From an uncultured Armatimonadetes bacterium (GTDB taxonomy: Bacteria; Armatimonadota; Hebobacteria; Hebobacterales; Hebobacteraceae), in the NCBI GenBank assembly GCA_963716175.1, contig OY970296.1, positions 2,400,001-2,464,000 of the forward strand: a stretch of DNA of 64,000 nt, read 5' to 3'. Positions within the stretch are counted from its first letter, which is position 1. Each line of letters starts with the position of its first letter. The translations under genes were made by a program, and so were the position numbers. The notes under the pieces were generated by a model. That model ran no database searches and was not told the DNA's origin. It saw only the letters and a program-made list of their open reading frames with translations. Shown one piece after another: positions 18,727 to 26,801 of the stretch.

Positions 18727-19878
18727 ATGACCACAAGACAGATAGCCGAGGCCTTCCCGCCGGGCGATTTCATAAAGGAGGAACTTGAGGCGCGCGACTG
18801 GAGCCAAGTTGAGTTGGCCGAGATCATCGGCCGACACCCCCAGACCATCACTGAATTGGTTACTGGCAAGAGGGCCATCACACCTGAACTAGCCAAACTG
18901 CTCGGTGATGCGTTCGGCACTAGCGCGCAGTATTGGATGAACCTGGATACTAGCTACCGCCTGTGGTTTCACAGAGATACTGATAGCGCGGTCTCGCGAC
19001 GCGCTAGGCTATACCAAATGGCCCCTATCAGGGAGATGGCCAAGCGCCACTGGCTCGAACTGTCGCAGAACCTGGATGTCCTTGAGCAAAGAGTGACATC
19101 CTTCTTCAGAATACCGAGCATAGACACACCCATCGCGTTCCCACACGCAGCGCGGAAAAGGAGGGTGGGAGAACTCTCACCTTCACAGAAGGCATGGATG
19201 TTTCGTGCCGCACAACTTGCCCATGCTGTACATGCTGAGCCGTTCTCTCTGCAGTCGTTCAAGCGGGAGATGGTTGAACTAAGGCAGTTGCTCTCGGACG
19301 CATCCGACGTAAGGCTCGTCCCCAGGGTTCTGGCTAATGCGGGCGTTCGATTTCTCATATTGGAACACCTTCCCCGCACGGGAATTGATGGCGTTACCTT
19401 CTGGCTTGATGAGAAGTCTCCGGTCATCGCACTCTCTCTGCGATATGGCCGGATTGATGCCTTTTGGTACACACTGGCACACGAATTGTGCCATGTGTGG
19501 CGACGGGATGGATTGAGGCGAGGACAGGCGATTGTCCTTGACACGGAACTTGTGAGAGATGCTGAGACGGCGGAACCAGAGTTGGAATCTGAGAAGGAAG
19601 TGGACGCCCAAGCCGCAGCCTTTCTAGTTCAACAGTCCGAGCTTGATGATTTCATATTGCGCACAAGTCCCCTGTATAGCAAGAAAAAGATCGCCAACTT
19701 TGCAGCAAGAATCAAGGTACACCCTGGGATTGTTGTGGGGCAACTTCAATTTCGGGGGGAATCCCAGGCGGGAGTTGGTTGGGACAAGTTCAGAGATGCG
19801 CTTGTAGATGTCAGAGGGATTGTAACCCAATCAGCGCTAACAGACGGGTGGGGGAACGTTCCTCCCCCGCTCAGCTAA
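18727..19878 (+). CDS. higA: HigA-type HTH antitoxin fused to an ImmA/IrrE-like metallopeptidase domain
   Basis: PPGDFIKEELEARDWSQ.ELA HTH, SAQYWMNL and FWYTLAHELCH (HExxH). Confidence 0.88.
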   Translation: MTTRQIAEAFPPGDFIKEELEARDWSQVELAEIIGRHPQTITELVTGKRAITPELAKLLGDAFGTSAQYWMNLDTSYRLWFHRDTDSAVSRRARLYQMAPIREMAKRHWLELSQNLDVLEQRVTSFFRIPSIDTPIAFPHAARKRRVGELSPSQKAWMFRAAQLAHAVHAEPFSLQSFKREMVELRQLLSDASDVRLVPRVLANAGVRFLILEHLPRTGIDGVTFWLDEKSPVIALSLRYGRIDAFWYTLAHELCHVWRRDGLRRGQAIVLDTELVRDAETAEPELESEKEVDAQAAAFLVQQSELDDFILRTSPLYSKKKIANFAARIKVHPGIVVGQLQFRGESQAGVGWDKFRDALVDVRGIVTQSALTDGWGNVPPPLS

Positions 19879-19889
19879 GGAGATGCAGA

Positions 19890-20354
19890 ATGCCTACCTA
19901 TGCCAAGAGGATGCAGGGTCTCGTGGCCGCATACAGGGCGGCAGGGGGGCCGTGGCCAGCGTCCACTGAGCAGATGGCCTCGTGGGCCGTGCGAGAGAGG
20001 AAGTGGTCGCCCCCGACCGCGGCCCTCATCAAACAGTGTGCGCGAGACTTTGCCGAGGCCATGCGTCAGGAGAATCTTACGGATGCTCAGGGCAGGACTG
20101 TACGCGCGAAGTATCCAGCTACTATGGACCGAAACGGCGCACGAGTCACGTTGTGGGATGATGTGCGCACAGCGAGTCGCCCGTTCATGGTGACGCATTT
20201 CGCGCAGCGCCGTCAAAGCGTCGTCTCGGATTGCAGGAAGATGAAATCTGACTTAGATAGCTATAACGAAAACCGCAACCCCGGACGTCCTATCCAGATG
20301 AGTTTCAATTTCGAGCGGGATGTAGAAGAGGGCGAGTTGGACCAAGCGGCGTAG
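19890..20354 (+). CDS. Hypothetical protein, third gene of the higBA unit
   Basis: 154-aa ORF; AAGGAG overlaps the higA stop; no family recognised. Confidence 0.75.
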   Translation: MPTYAKRMQGLVAAYRAAGGPWPASTEQMASWAVRERKWSPPTAALIKQCARDFAEAMRQENLTDAQGRTVRAKYPATMDRNGARVTLWDDVRTASRPFMVTHFAQRRQSVVSDCRKMKSDLDSYNENRNPGRPIQMSFNFERDVEEGELDQAA

Positions 20355-20357
20355 CCC

Positions 20358-20603
20358 CTATCCTGCCTTCCATCGCGCCGCGGCCGCCTTCCTCGCGATC
20401 TCGGAACGCCGCTTTGGCGTGAGTTTGGCCGCCCTCGCCTTGCCCCCCTTGGCCCCGCCAAGCTTGCCGAGCGCGACTGCGGCCGGGTTCTTCCCGCTTG
20501 GCTTCTCTGACAGGGCTTCCCCCGTCGCCTCCTGCGCCACTCGGAACGCGGCCTCGTTCACGTCCTCGGGTCCTTGCTTTCCCCTGCTTGAGCGTTTAGG
20601 CAT
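20358..20603 (-). CDS. Small basic KGG-motif protein
   Basis: KNPAAVALGKLGGAKGGKARAAKLT..RRSEIARKAAAARW; own promoter immediately upstream. Confidence 0.8.
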   Translation of the reverse strand: MPKRSSRGKQGPEDVNEAAFRVAQEATGEALSEKPSGKNPAAVALGKLGGAKGGKARAAKLTPKRRSEIARKAAAARWKAG

Positions 20604-20608
20604 AGCTC

Positions 20609-20637
20609 AGGATAGCATGCACGGCACGGTATGTCCA
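20609..20637 (-). promoter_or_regulatory. Promoter for a leaderless transcript of the KGG protein
   Basis: TGGACA-N17-TATCCT with extended TG, 5 nt before the ATG. Confidence 0.65.
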
Positions 20638-20686
20638 GAAGGAGACGCAAAAAGGTTGTTCTGCTTGACAATTCCTGCTAAAATGC

Positions 20687-20712
20687 CTTCGGCCGATGAT
20701 CATCGGCCGAAG
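20687..20712. repeat. Perfect 26-bp palindrome
   Basis: CTTCGGCCGATGA/TCATCGGCCGAAG. Confidence 0.85.
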
Positions 20713-20811
20713 CGAAATCCGGCCGTTTCTACGCGAAATGCCTGTCCTCGTATCTGGACAACCGTTGCGTGCCGCCCTTCGCCGCTCACTTCAGATTGAC
20801 CCCTATCGGTA

Positions 20812-20840
20812 TTGACAGTCGTCAAAGTGTGGTATAAGAT
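20812..20840 (+). promoter_or_regulatory. Sigma70 promoter upstream of the leader RNA and NYN gene
   Basis: TTGACA-N17-TAAGAT. Confidence 0.7.
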
Positions 20841-20846
20841 ACACGT

Positions 20847-20906
20847 ATTCACCACTGCTGTGCCTAACGCAGCAGTCCCCCTCGGATTGCGATCCGAGGG
20901 TTTTTT
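20847..20906 (+). ncRNA. Candidate ~60-nt leader/small RNA ending in an intrinsic terminator
   Basis: Hairpin 20854-20876 (9 bp, one G-U pair) followed by a terminator hairpin and T6. Confidence 0.5.
20879..20906 (+). terminator. Rho-independent terminator 9 nt upstream of the NYN start codon
   Basis: CCCTCGGAT-TGCG-ATCCGAGGG-TTTTTT. Confidence 0.85.
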
Positions 20907-20915
20907 CATGGCGAT

Positions 20916-21557
20916 ATGAACCGAGTCACCTTCCTCGTTGACGGGTTCAACTTGTACCACTCAGTGGTCCAAGCCGAGTGCGACAACGGCGGCCACTGCG
21001 TCAAGTGGCTCGATCTTCGTCGTCTCTGCTTGAGCTATCTCCACATGGTTCGGCGACAAGTCAATGCCCATGTCGAACTGGAAACCATCCACTACTTCTC
21101 GGCGCCTCCAACGCATCGCCCTTCCGGTACTCAGAAGAGGCATGCCATATACATGAAGTGCCTGGAGTCCGCGGGCATACACGTCCACCTCGGGCGCTTC
21201 AAGAAGAAAACAGTCGAGTGCCATCTGTGTCATCGGGATGACGTCAGGCACGAAGAGAAGGAAACTGATGTAGCAATGGCCGCGCTGCTCCTTGAGGTTT
21301 GCCACTCTGGGGAGGCGGATTCTGTTGTGATGGTCACTGGCGACACAGACCTGGCCCCCGCCGTCCGAACATGCCAGCGGCTCTTCCCCGAGGTGTTCAT
21401 CTGCTTCGCCTTCCCGTACAAGAGGCATAATGCCGAACTCAAGGTGTTAGCACCAGGGTCATTCAACATTGGCCGCGATAGCTACCTTAGACACCAGTTC
21501 TCAGACCCACTACAGTTGGCAGACGGCGGCAGTATATCAATGCCTGCTGAGTGGTAG
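20916..21557 (+). CDS. NYN domain (LabA/DUF88, PIN-like) ribonuclease
   Basis: LVDGFNLYH, EEKETDV and VTGDTDL.PAV acidic motifs; CxxC insert. Confidence 0.9.
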   Translation: MNRVTFLVDGFNLYHSVVQAECDNGGHCVKWLDLRRLCLSYLHMVRRQVNAHVELETIHYFSAPPTHRPSGTQKRHAIYMKCLESAGIHVHLGRFKKKTVECHLCHRDDVRHEEKETDVAMAALLLEVCHSGEADSVVMVTGDTDLAPAVRTCQRLFPEVFICFAFPYKRHNAELKVLAPGSFNIGRDSYLRHQFSDPLQLADGGSISMPAEW

Positions 21558-21603
21558 AACCCTGCCACCGCACCCCTCCTCAAACTGACCCACTACCCGG
21601 AAG

Positions 21604-22869
21604 TCAAGCGCCGGCTCGAGAGTGGCGCCCGGCCGGCTCTCCCCGCAGGGTATAGGCCGCCACCAGCGCCCCCAGCGTGAGCAGCGCAGCGCTTCCATAG
21701 AAGATATAGGAATGATGGATGTCCCAGAGCCACCCGCCCAGGAGGGGCGCCAGCCCGGCCCCGGCGCCTTCGGCCGTGGCCACGATGCCCATCACCCCAC
21801 CGCGCCGGCTCTTGGGGGCCAGCTCGGAGACCAGCGCCAGCCAGGCCGGAGTGCCGAGAATGTGTCCCAGGATCAGGATCAGCCCGACCAGCGCGAAGGT
21901 GACCACCGTGCGGCAGGACGGGATCATCCACATCGCCGCTGCCGACACCGCCAGTGACACCCGCACCGCACGCGATCTGCCCCACCTGTCAGCCGCATGA
22001 CCCAGTGGCAGGCCCATCACCAGCACTGGGACGGCCATGGCCGCCAGCAGCACACCCGTGGCGAGCGAGGAGAGGTGCAGATCGAGCTGCACGTAGACAA
22101 TCAGGAAGTTGGCCAGCATCAGCACGCCCAAAGTCATCAGCACACTGATAAGCAGCACCAGGAGCAGGGGGTAGGGGGTCGGCCTTGTGGGCAGGGTGGC
22201 CGGGGTCGGGCCTGACTCCACTGGGTCGTCGGCTTCGCTTCTCGTCTTGGGCAGACCCACGTAGCCGGTGGCCGCGCTTATGAAGAGCAGAGCGCTTGCC
22301 AGGTAGAATGGAGAGCGATTGGTGCCGGAGAAATAGGCGGCGAAAGAGCCCACCGCGGCCGCCGCCCCAATCGCCCCCACATAGACCGTGTTCATCACAC
22401 TCATCGCCGCCGCGCGAGAGCGATCCTTCACCAGGTCTCCCACCATCGCGAACAGTGGAGGCCACAGCGCGGCCGCGCCGGCACCGTCCGCTGCCCGCAA
22501 CGGGAATACCAACGCCCACCAGCGTACCGGCAGCCTCACGATGATCGCGGGGTTCAGACAGATCAGCAGCGGGCCCAGCACGATGAACGGCTTTCGCCCC
22601 AGCCGGTCCGACAGCCTCCCCAGCGGGAACTTCAGCGCCATCTCGCACAGCAGGAAAGTGGCGCTGATCCCACCCACCGCCAACCCCGAAACCTGCAAGT
22701 CCCGGATCAGGTAGACGGGCAGCGCGTAGATGTTCATCAGCGCGAATGCCATCTGGCCCGCCCCTGTCACCGCAGCCAGGCGCACCAGGGGCGGGTACTC
22801 GCGGAGGAGTGAGAGATAGGTCCGATCCAGCAGGCGGGAGAACACCCGCGGCCTCCTACCGCCGCTCAA
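21604..22869 (-). CDS. MFS transporter
   Basis: GRLSDRLGRK and GHAADRWGR motifs; about 12 TM segments. Confidence 0.9.
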   Translation of the reverse strand: MSGGRRPRVFSRLLDRTYLSLLREYPPLVRLAAVTGAGQMAFALMNIYALPVYLIRDLQVSGLAVGGISATFLLCEMALKFPLGRLSDRLGRKPFIVLGPLLICLNPAIIVRLPVRWWALVFPLRAADGAGAAALWPPLFAMVGDLVKDRSRAAAMSVMNTVYVGAIGAAAAVGSFAAYFSGTNRSPFYLASALLFISAATGYVGLPKTRSEADDPVESGPTPATLPTRPTPYPLLLVLLISVLMTLGVLMLANFLIVYVQLDLHLSSLATGVLLAAMAVPVLVMGLPLGHAADRWGRSRAVRVSLAVSAAAMWMIPSCRTVVTFALVGLILILGHILGTPAWLALVSELAPKSRRGGVMGIVATAEGAGAGLAPLLGGWLWDIHHSYIFYGSAALLTLGALVAAYTLRGEPAGRHSRAGA

Positions 22870-23518
22870 GCGCGGCCACCAGGGTAAGGCCCTTGGTGAG
22901 CGGCGTCTTCAACCCCACCTCCTTGACCATGCAGCGCCAGTCCGGAGACCAGCGGCCCGGTGCCTTCAGGTCATGGCAGTAGACAGCTGTCTTGCGGAGC
23001 CGGTTCGCCACCACGAAGCACTTCCCCCAGAGCCCTCGCTGTGGCACGGTGAGGATCACCGCCTGCCGGGCGCTGGCGCACATTCTGCTGACGAAGGCCG
23101 CCGGATCGGAGATGTAGTCGAGCACCCCCACCGCCACCGCCACCTCGAAGGACCCGTCGGCGGGCAGAGCCAGGAAATCGCGGTTGACCACGGTGACGTT
23201 GGAGGTCTGGGCCAGCTCCAGCCTCTCCCGCAGAATCTCCGCCATGCCCGCTGATTCCTCCACTGCCACCACCTCGCGGAATCTCCGGGCCAGCTCCAGC
23301 GTGTAGAACCCCGTGCCCGGTCCCACCTCCAGCGCTCGCCCGCCGCCGTCGGCATAGCGGGCGATCAAGTCAGAGACGGCCCGCGCCTCCTGACGCCGGA
23401 TGAGAGAGATCACCGGCAGAGACAGGTTGAGGTCATAGAAGCCGGCCCCGCGATGATAGGGATTATTGCTGCTGATGGCGCCCGGGGCTGTCCGCGCCCC
23501 GCGTCTCTCATCCTGCAT
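22856..23518 (-). CDS. Class I SAM-dependent methyltransferase
   Basis: ALEVGPGTG motif I; start uncertain. Confidence 0.85.
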   Translation of the reverse strand: MQDERRGARTAPGAISSNNPYHRGAGFYDLNLSLPVISLIRRQEARAVSDLIARYADGGGRALEVGPGTGFYTLELARRFREVVAVEESAGMAEILRERLELAQTSNVTVVNRDFLALPADGSFEVAVAVGVLDYISDPAAFVSRMCASARQAVILTVPQRGLWGKCFVVANRLRKTAVYCHDLKAPGRWSPDWRCMVKEVGLKTPLTKGLTLVAALERR

Positions 23519-23773
23519 TGCAGGCTCCCACAATCTCCCGACCCTGTCCTGAGGCCGAGCTGAGTCAGCCCATCGCCCGCGAGCCAGGCTGCCGGCCGCC
23601 CTTGACTTCTCCCCAGTGGCCGGAGCGCCCTTCTCCGGCCTCCTCTTCGCGAGGGGACCGCCTTCTTCCGGCCGCCGCCCGTCCGGGAGCTTTCGCGCAG
23701 GACAGGGGCGACCTCGTGACGAATACAAGTACCATATACGGCTCATGCCTTCGGGCCGGGCCGCCGGGGGAAT

Positions 23774-24625
23774 ATGATTCCGTCGCTCCGCGCCATTCAC
23801 TTCCTCATTAGCTACGGCTGCCCGGCCGAGTGCGATCACTGCTTCATCTGGGGTTCACCGCGGCGCGACCGCGGCATGACCTGTGAGCAAGTGGATGATC
23901 TCCTGGAACAGGTCCTGGCTATGGGGAGCGTGACTTCGGTCTGCGGGGAGGGTGGGGAGTCCTTCAGCCGATACCCGGTCTTACTTCATCTGGTGCGGCG
24001 CGCCACTTCTCTGGGCCTGGATGCCTCTGCCCTCACCAACGCTTTCTGGGTCGAGTCCCGGGCGCAGGCGGAGGAGCGCATCGCCGAGCTGATGGCCGTC
24101 GGCCTCACCAACCTGGGGATCAGCACCGACGAGTGGCATCAGAAGCACATTCCAGTGTCGCGGGTGGACTTGTTGCTCGAGGTCTGTGCCGCGGCCGGGC
24201 TGTCCGCCTCCCGCATGGAGACCTCACCGGAAGGGGTGATGTTTCGGGGTCGCGCGGCCGAGCGGCTGGCGCCGGGAAGACCCACCAAGTCAGCCGATCA
24301 GCTCACCACTTGCCCGCACGAGCAGCTCGGCGCGCCCTCCCGCCTGCACCTCGACTGCTACGGGTGGCTGCATCTCTGTCAGGGGCTCACACTTGGCGGT
24401 GATGCTCCGGCCGGGGCCGTCGCCGACTATGACCCCGAAGCTCACCCTATCGTCTGCTTGCTGCTGAACGGCGGGCCCTACGCGCTCGGCCGGTTTGCCG
24501 CCGAACATGGATTCGAGATGGCGCCTGGCTATGTGGACGCCTGCCATCTCTGCTACCGCGCCCGGGAGTTCCTCCGGCCGCATTACCCGGATCTGCTGGC
24601 CCCCGACGAGGCCTACGGCCGCTAG
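23774..24625 (+). CDS. Radical SAM protein
   Basis: CPAECDHC (CxxxCxxC), GGE and TNAFW; C-terminal Cys motifs (CQG, CHLC). Confidence 0.88.
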   Translation: MIPSLRAIHFLISYGCPAECDHCFIWGSPRRDRGMTCEQVDDLLEQVLAMGSVTSVCGEGGESFSRYPVLLHLVRRATSLGLDASALTNAFWVESRAQAEERIAELMAVGLTNLGISTDEWHQKHIPVSRVDLLLEVCAAAGLSASRMETSPEGVMFRGRAAERLAPGRPTKSADQLTTCPHEQLGAPSRLHLDCYGWLHLCQGLTLGGDAPAGAVADYDPEAHPIVCLLLNGGPYALGRFAAEHGFEMAPGYVDACHLCYRAREFLRPHYPDLLAPDEAYGR

Positions 24626-24739
24626 CGGAAACCGCCGCTCGCGCCTTCACACGACGCCGCGGACCCGCCTTGCCCTTGACATCCTGCCGCTCTCTGTCTT
24701 TGACTAGAAACAGCACTGTACAACGTCAGGCCGTGGCAG

Positions 24740-24801
24740 GCGCATTTCATGCGAGGGCGTGGTGCGGCCAGCCAGCCGGTAGGTTATGAAATGCGCTCTA
24801 G
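24740..24801. repeat. Small MITE-like element (copy 2)
   Basis: Inverted repeat GCGCATTTCAT (24740-24750)/ATGAAATGCGC (24786-24796); right part nearly identical to 1-37. Confidence 0.65.
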
Positions 24802-25091
24802 CTATAGCTCCTCTCCCGGCTCACAATCCTGAAGAGGCGGCTGGTGAGGCCGGTGCTAGTGCGCTCCTGGTAGAGGAACGCCAGCCTGTCTTGCTCGAAC
24901 CGCTCGAAGAACTCCTCCCAGGAGGTTCTGGTAAGGAGTTCCCTGGCCGGGTGGTTCGGGAAGTCAATGTACAGAAGACCGTGTCCGCCGTTCTCCTGGG
25001 CGGGCTTCACTGAGGCCGGGTGTCCTCCTCTATCCCGAACCCACCGCTCAATGACCTCGTGGTCTGTCGTGACCTTGGCGGAGAGAGGCAT
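24798..25091 (-). CDS. Small conserved hypothetical protein
   Basis: TTDHEVIERW..RGGHPA.V, IDFP and SWEEFFERF..RLAFLYQ pattern; AAGGAG RBS. Confidence 0.75.
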   Translation of the reverse strand: MPLSAKVTTDHEVIERWVRDRGGHPASVKPAQENGGHGLLYIDFPNHPARELLTRTSWEEFFERFEQDRLAFLYQERTSTGLTSRLFRIVSRERSYS

Positions 25092-25239
25092 CAGCAACTC
25101 CTTTGCGCTTGCTCACACTCGTAGCCACGATTGGTTTGTTCACATGGTAGCATAGGCAGTGGTTCCTGGTGTTCGAAGGAGCAGACAGTCGCGGGACAGC
25201 AGATGATCTTGGGCGGCGATCATGCCAAAGAGGGCGAGG

Positions 25240-26652
25240 TCAGGGCTGCTGGAGAGGCTTCCAGCCCTCTACCTCACGGAAGAAGGGCCGCGCGCGTGTC
25301 ACGTAGTACCACGTGAACACCAGGTAGGCGCCAAGCCAGGCCAGGCCCGCGCCCAGCGCGCTCAACCGAGGGATCAGAGCCAGGCCCAGGGGCACACCTA
25401 TCGCGAACCAGATCAGGTTCGCTTTCCCGATGTTGCCGGTGCGGTTGGAGATCACGTTGGTCGCCGAGGCCACCCAGCCGCCGATCATCACCGGCATCAC
25501 CAGCCCGATCACGCGTACGGCTGGCACCGCGCCGGCCTGGTCCGGACCGAAGATAGCTGGCACCACCCATTGCCCGGCCAAGACCAGCACCGCCCCATAG
25601 GCGGTGGCCGCCCCGATGAGCACGCCCCGGGCCTGGCCAAGGGAGTGCAGCAGGTCAGTCGCTTGCTTGCTCGCGTAGAGCCGGGCCCACTCGGGCAGGA
25701 GCACGATCATGCAGGCCTGGTAGATCACGGCCAGATGGCCCAGCAGCGTCAGCGCGATCTCGAAGTGGCCCAGGGGCACCGGCCCCCAGTGCCAGGCGAG
25801 GGCTGCTTTCATCAAGGTCTTCGACCCGAATCCGGCGAGCGGGACGATCCAGATGGGCAGCAGGAAGGGCAGCAGCTGGCGCAACTGCTGGCCTCCCGCC
25901 CTGCCCGGCCAGAGGAAACCAAGCGCGCCTCGCGCCAGCCAGCCGCAGGCCAGGGCCGCGCCAAACCAGCCGGCCGCAATCCAGGCCATCAGACCAAACT
26001 GCCCCCACTTGGCGAAGTTGAGCGCTCCCAGCAGCAGGGGTGGAAACACGATCACCGCGGCCAGCAGGTTGCCGGTGGCCCAGCGCCGCGGTCGCTCCAT
26101 GCCCTGAATGCAGGACATGAAATAGAGGGTGAGAGGGGTGAGCAGACACAACGAGAGGGCGGCCACCACCACCGGACCCTGCAGGGCCTGGGCGCGGTAG
26201 AGTCGGCTCAACCATCCCGCGCCCAGCGCGCACCAGGCCAAGCCCAGCAGGCCCGCGCCCAGTCGGCACCACAGCCCGGCCGCGTAGTGCGCGCGCACCA
26301 GGCCGCGCAGCGGGCCAGGGCCGGCGTCCTGCCCTCTCACCTCCGCCAGGAACTTGGGGATGCCGGACTCCACCGGAAACGCTGCCACCAGCTGGAAGAT
26401 CCCGGCGATGGTCAGGACCAGCGCATACTCACCGAAGGCGCGAGGGCCCAGCGCGCGGGCCAGCACCGCCGTAGCTCCGAAGCCCAGCACAGTCTGCGAG
26501 ATCAGCATGGCTCCCACCGGGTACTTCGCTCGCGCCGCCAGCGAGCGGTAGGATCCGGCGTCTGCGATCTCCCGCAGCAGGGCCTGCGCGGCCGCGCTCA
26601 CCAATCTCTGTGCCGGCCGCTCGGCCCCCGTCCCCACGCCCTCCACGCTCAT
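25240..26652 (-). CDS. Oligosaccharide flippase (Wzx/MOP superfamily)
   Basis: LARALGPRAFGEY; many TM helices; start approximate. Confidence 0.82.
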   Translation of the reverse strand: MSVEGVGTGAERPAQRLVSAAAQALLREIADAGSYRSLAARAKYPVGAMLISQTVLGFGATAVLARALGPRAFGEYALVLTIAGIFQLVAAFPVESGIPKFLAEVRGQDAGPGPLRGLVRAHYAAGLWCRLGAGLLGLAWCALGAGWLSRLYRAQALQGPVVVAALSLCLLTPLTLYFMSCIQGMERPRRWATGNLLAAVIVFPPLLLGALNFAKWGQFGLMAWIAAGWFGAALACGWLARGALGFLWPGRAGGQQLRQLLPFLLPIWIVPLAGFGSKTLMKAALAWHWGPVPLGHFEIALTLLGHLAVIYQACMIVLLPEWARLYASKQATDLLHSLGQARGVLIGAATAYGAVLVLAGQWVVPAIFGPDQAGAVPAVRVIGLVMPVMIGGWVASATNVISNRTGNIGKANLIWFAIGVPLGLALIPRLSALGAGLAWLGAYLVFTWYYVTRARPFFREVEGWKPLQQP

Positions 26653-26801
26653 GGGCCACTCTCTCGATGCTGGGAACTCATGCTCGATCCGCCTATCGCG
26701 CGCTTCGCAGAGTAGCATTCGTCGCGCCGTGGGGTCTCCCTTGCTGTGAGAGCGATGCCGCCAGGCAGGTCGGGCGGCGAAGGGCAGAGAAGGCCAGGGC
26801 G

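Larger units (their letters stand above)
17473..21597. mobile_element. IS1-family insertion sequence with passenger genes (transporter IS), 4,125 bp
   Basis: Terminal IRs start GGTAGTGGGTCAGT (22/27 match); 8-bp direct repeat CGGAAGTC at 17465-17472 and 21598-21605; cargo visibly lower in GC. Confidence 0.93.
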
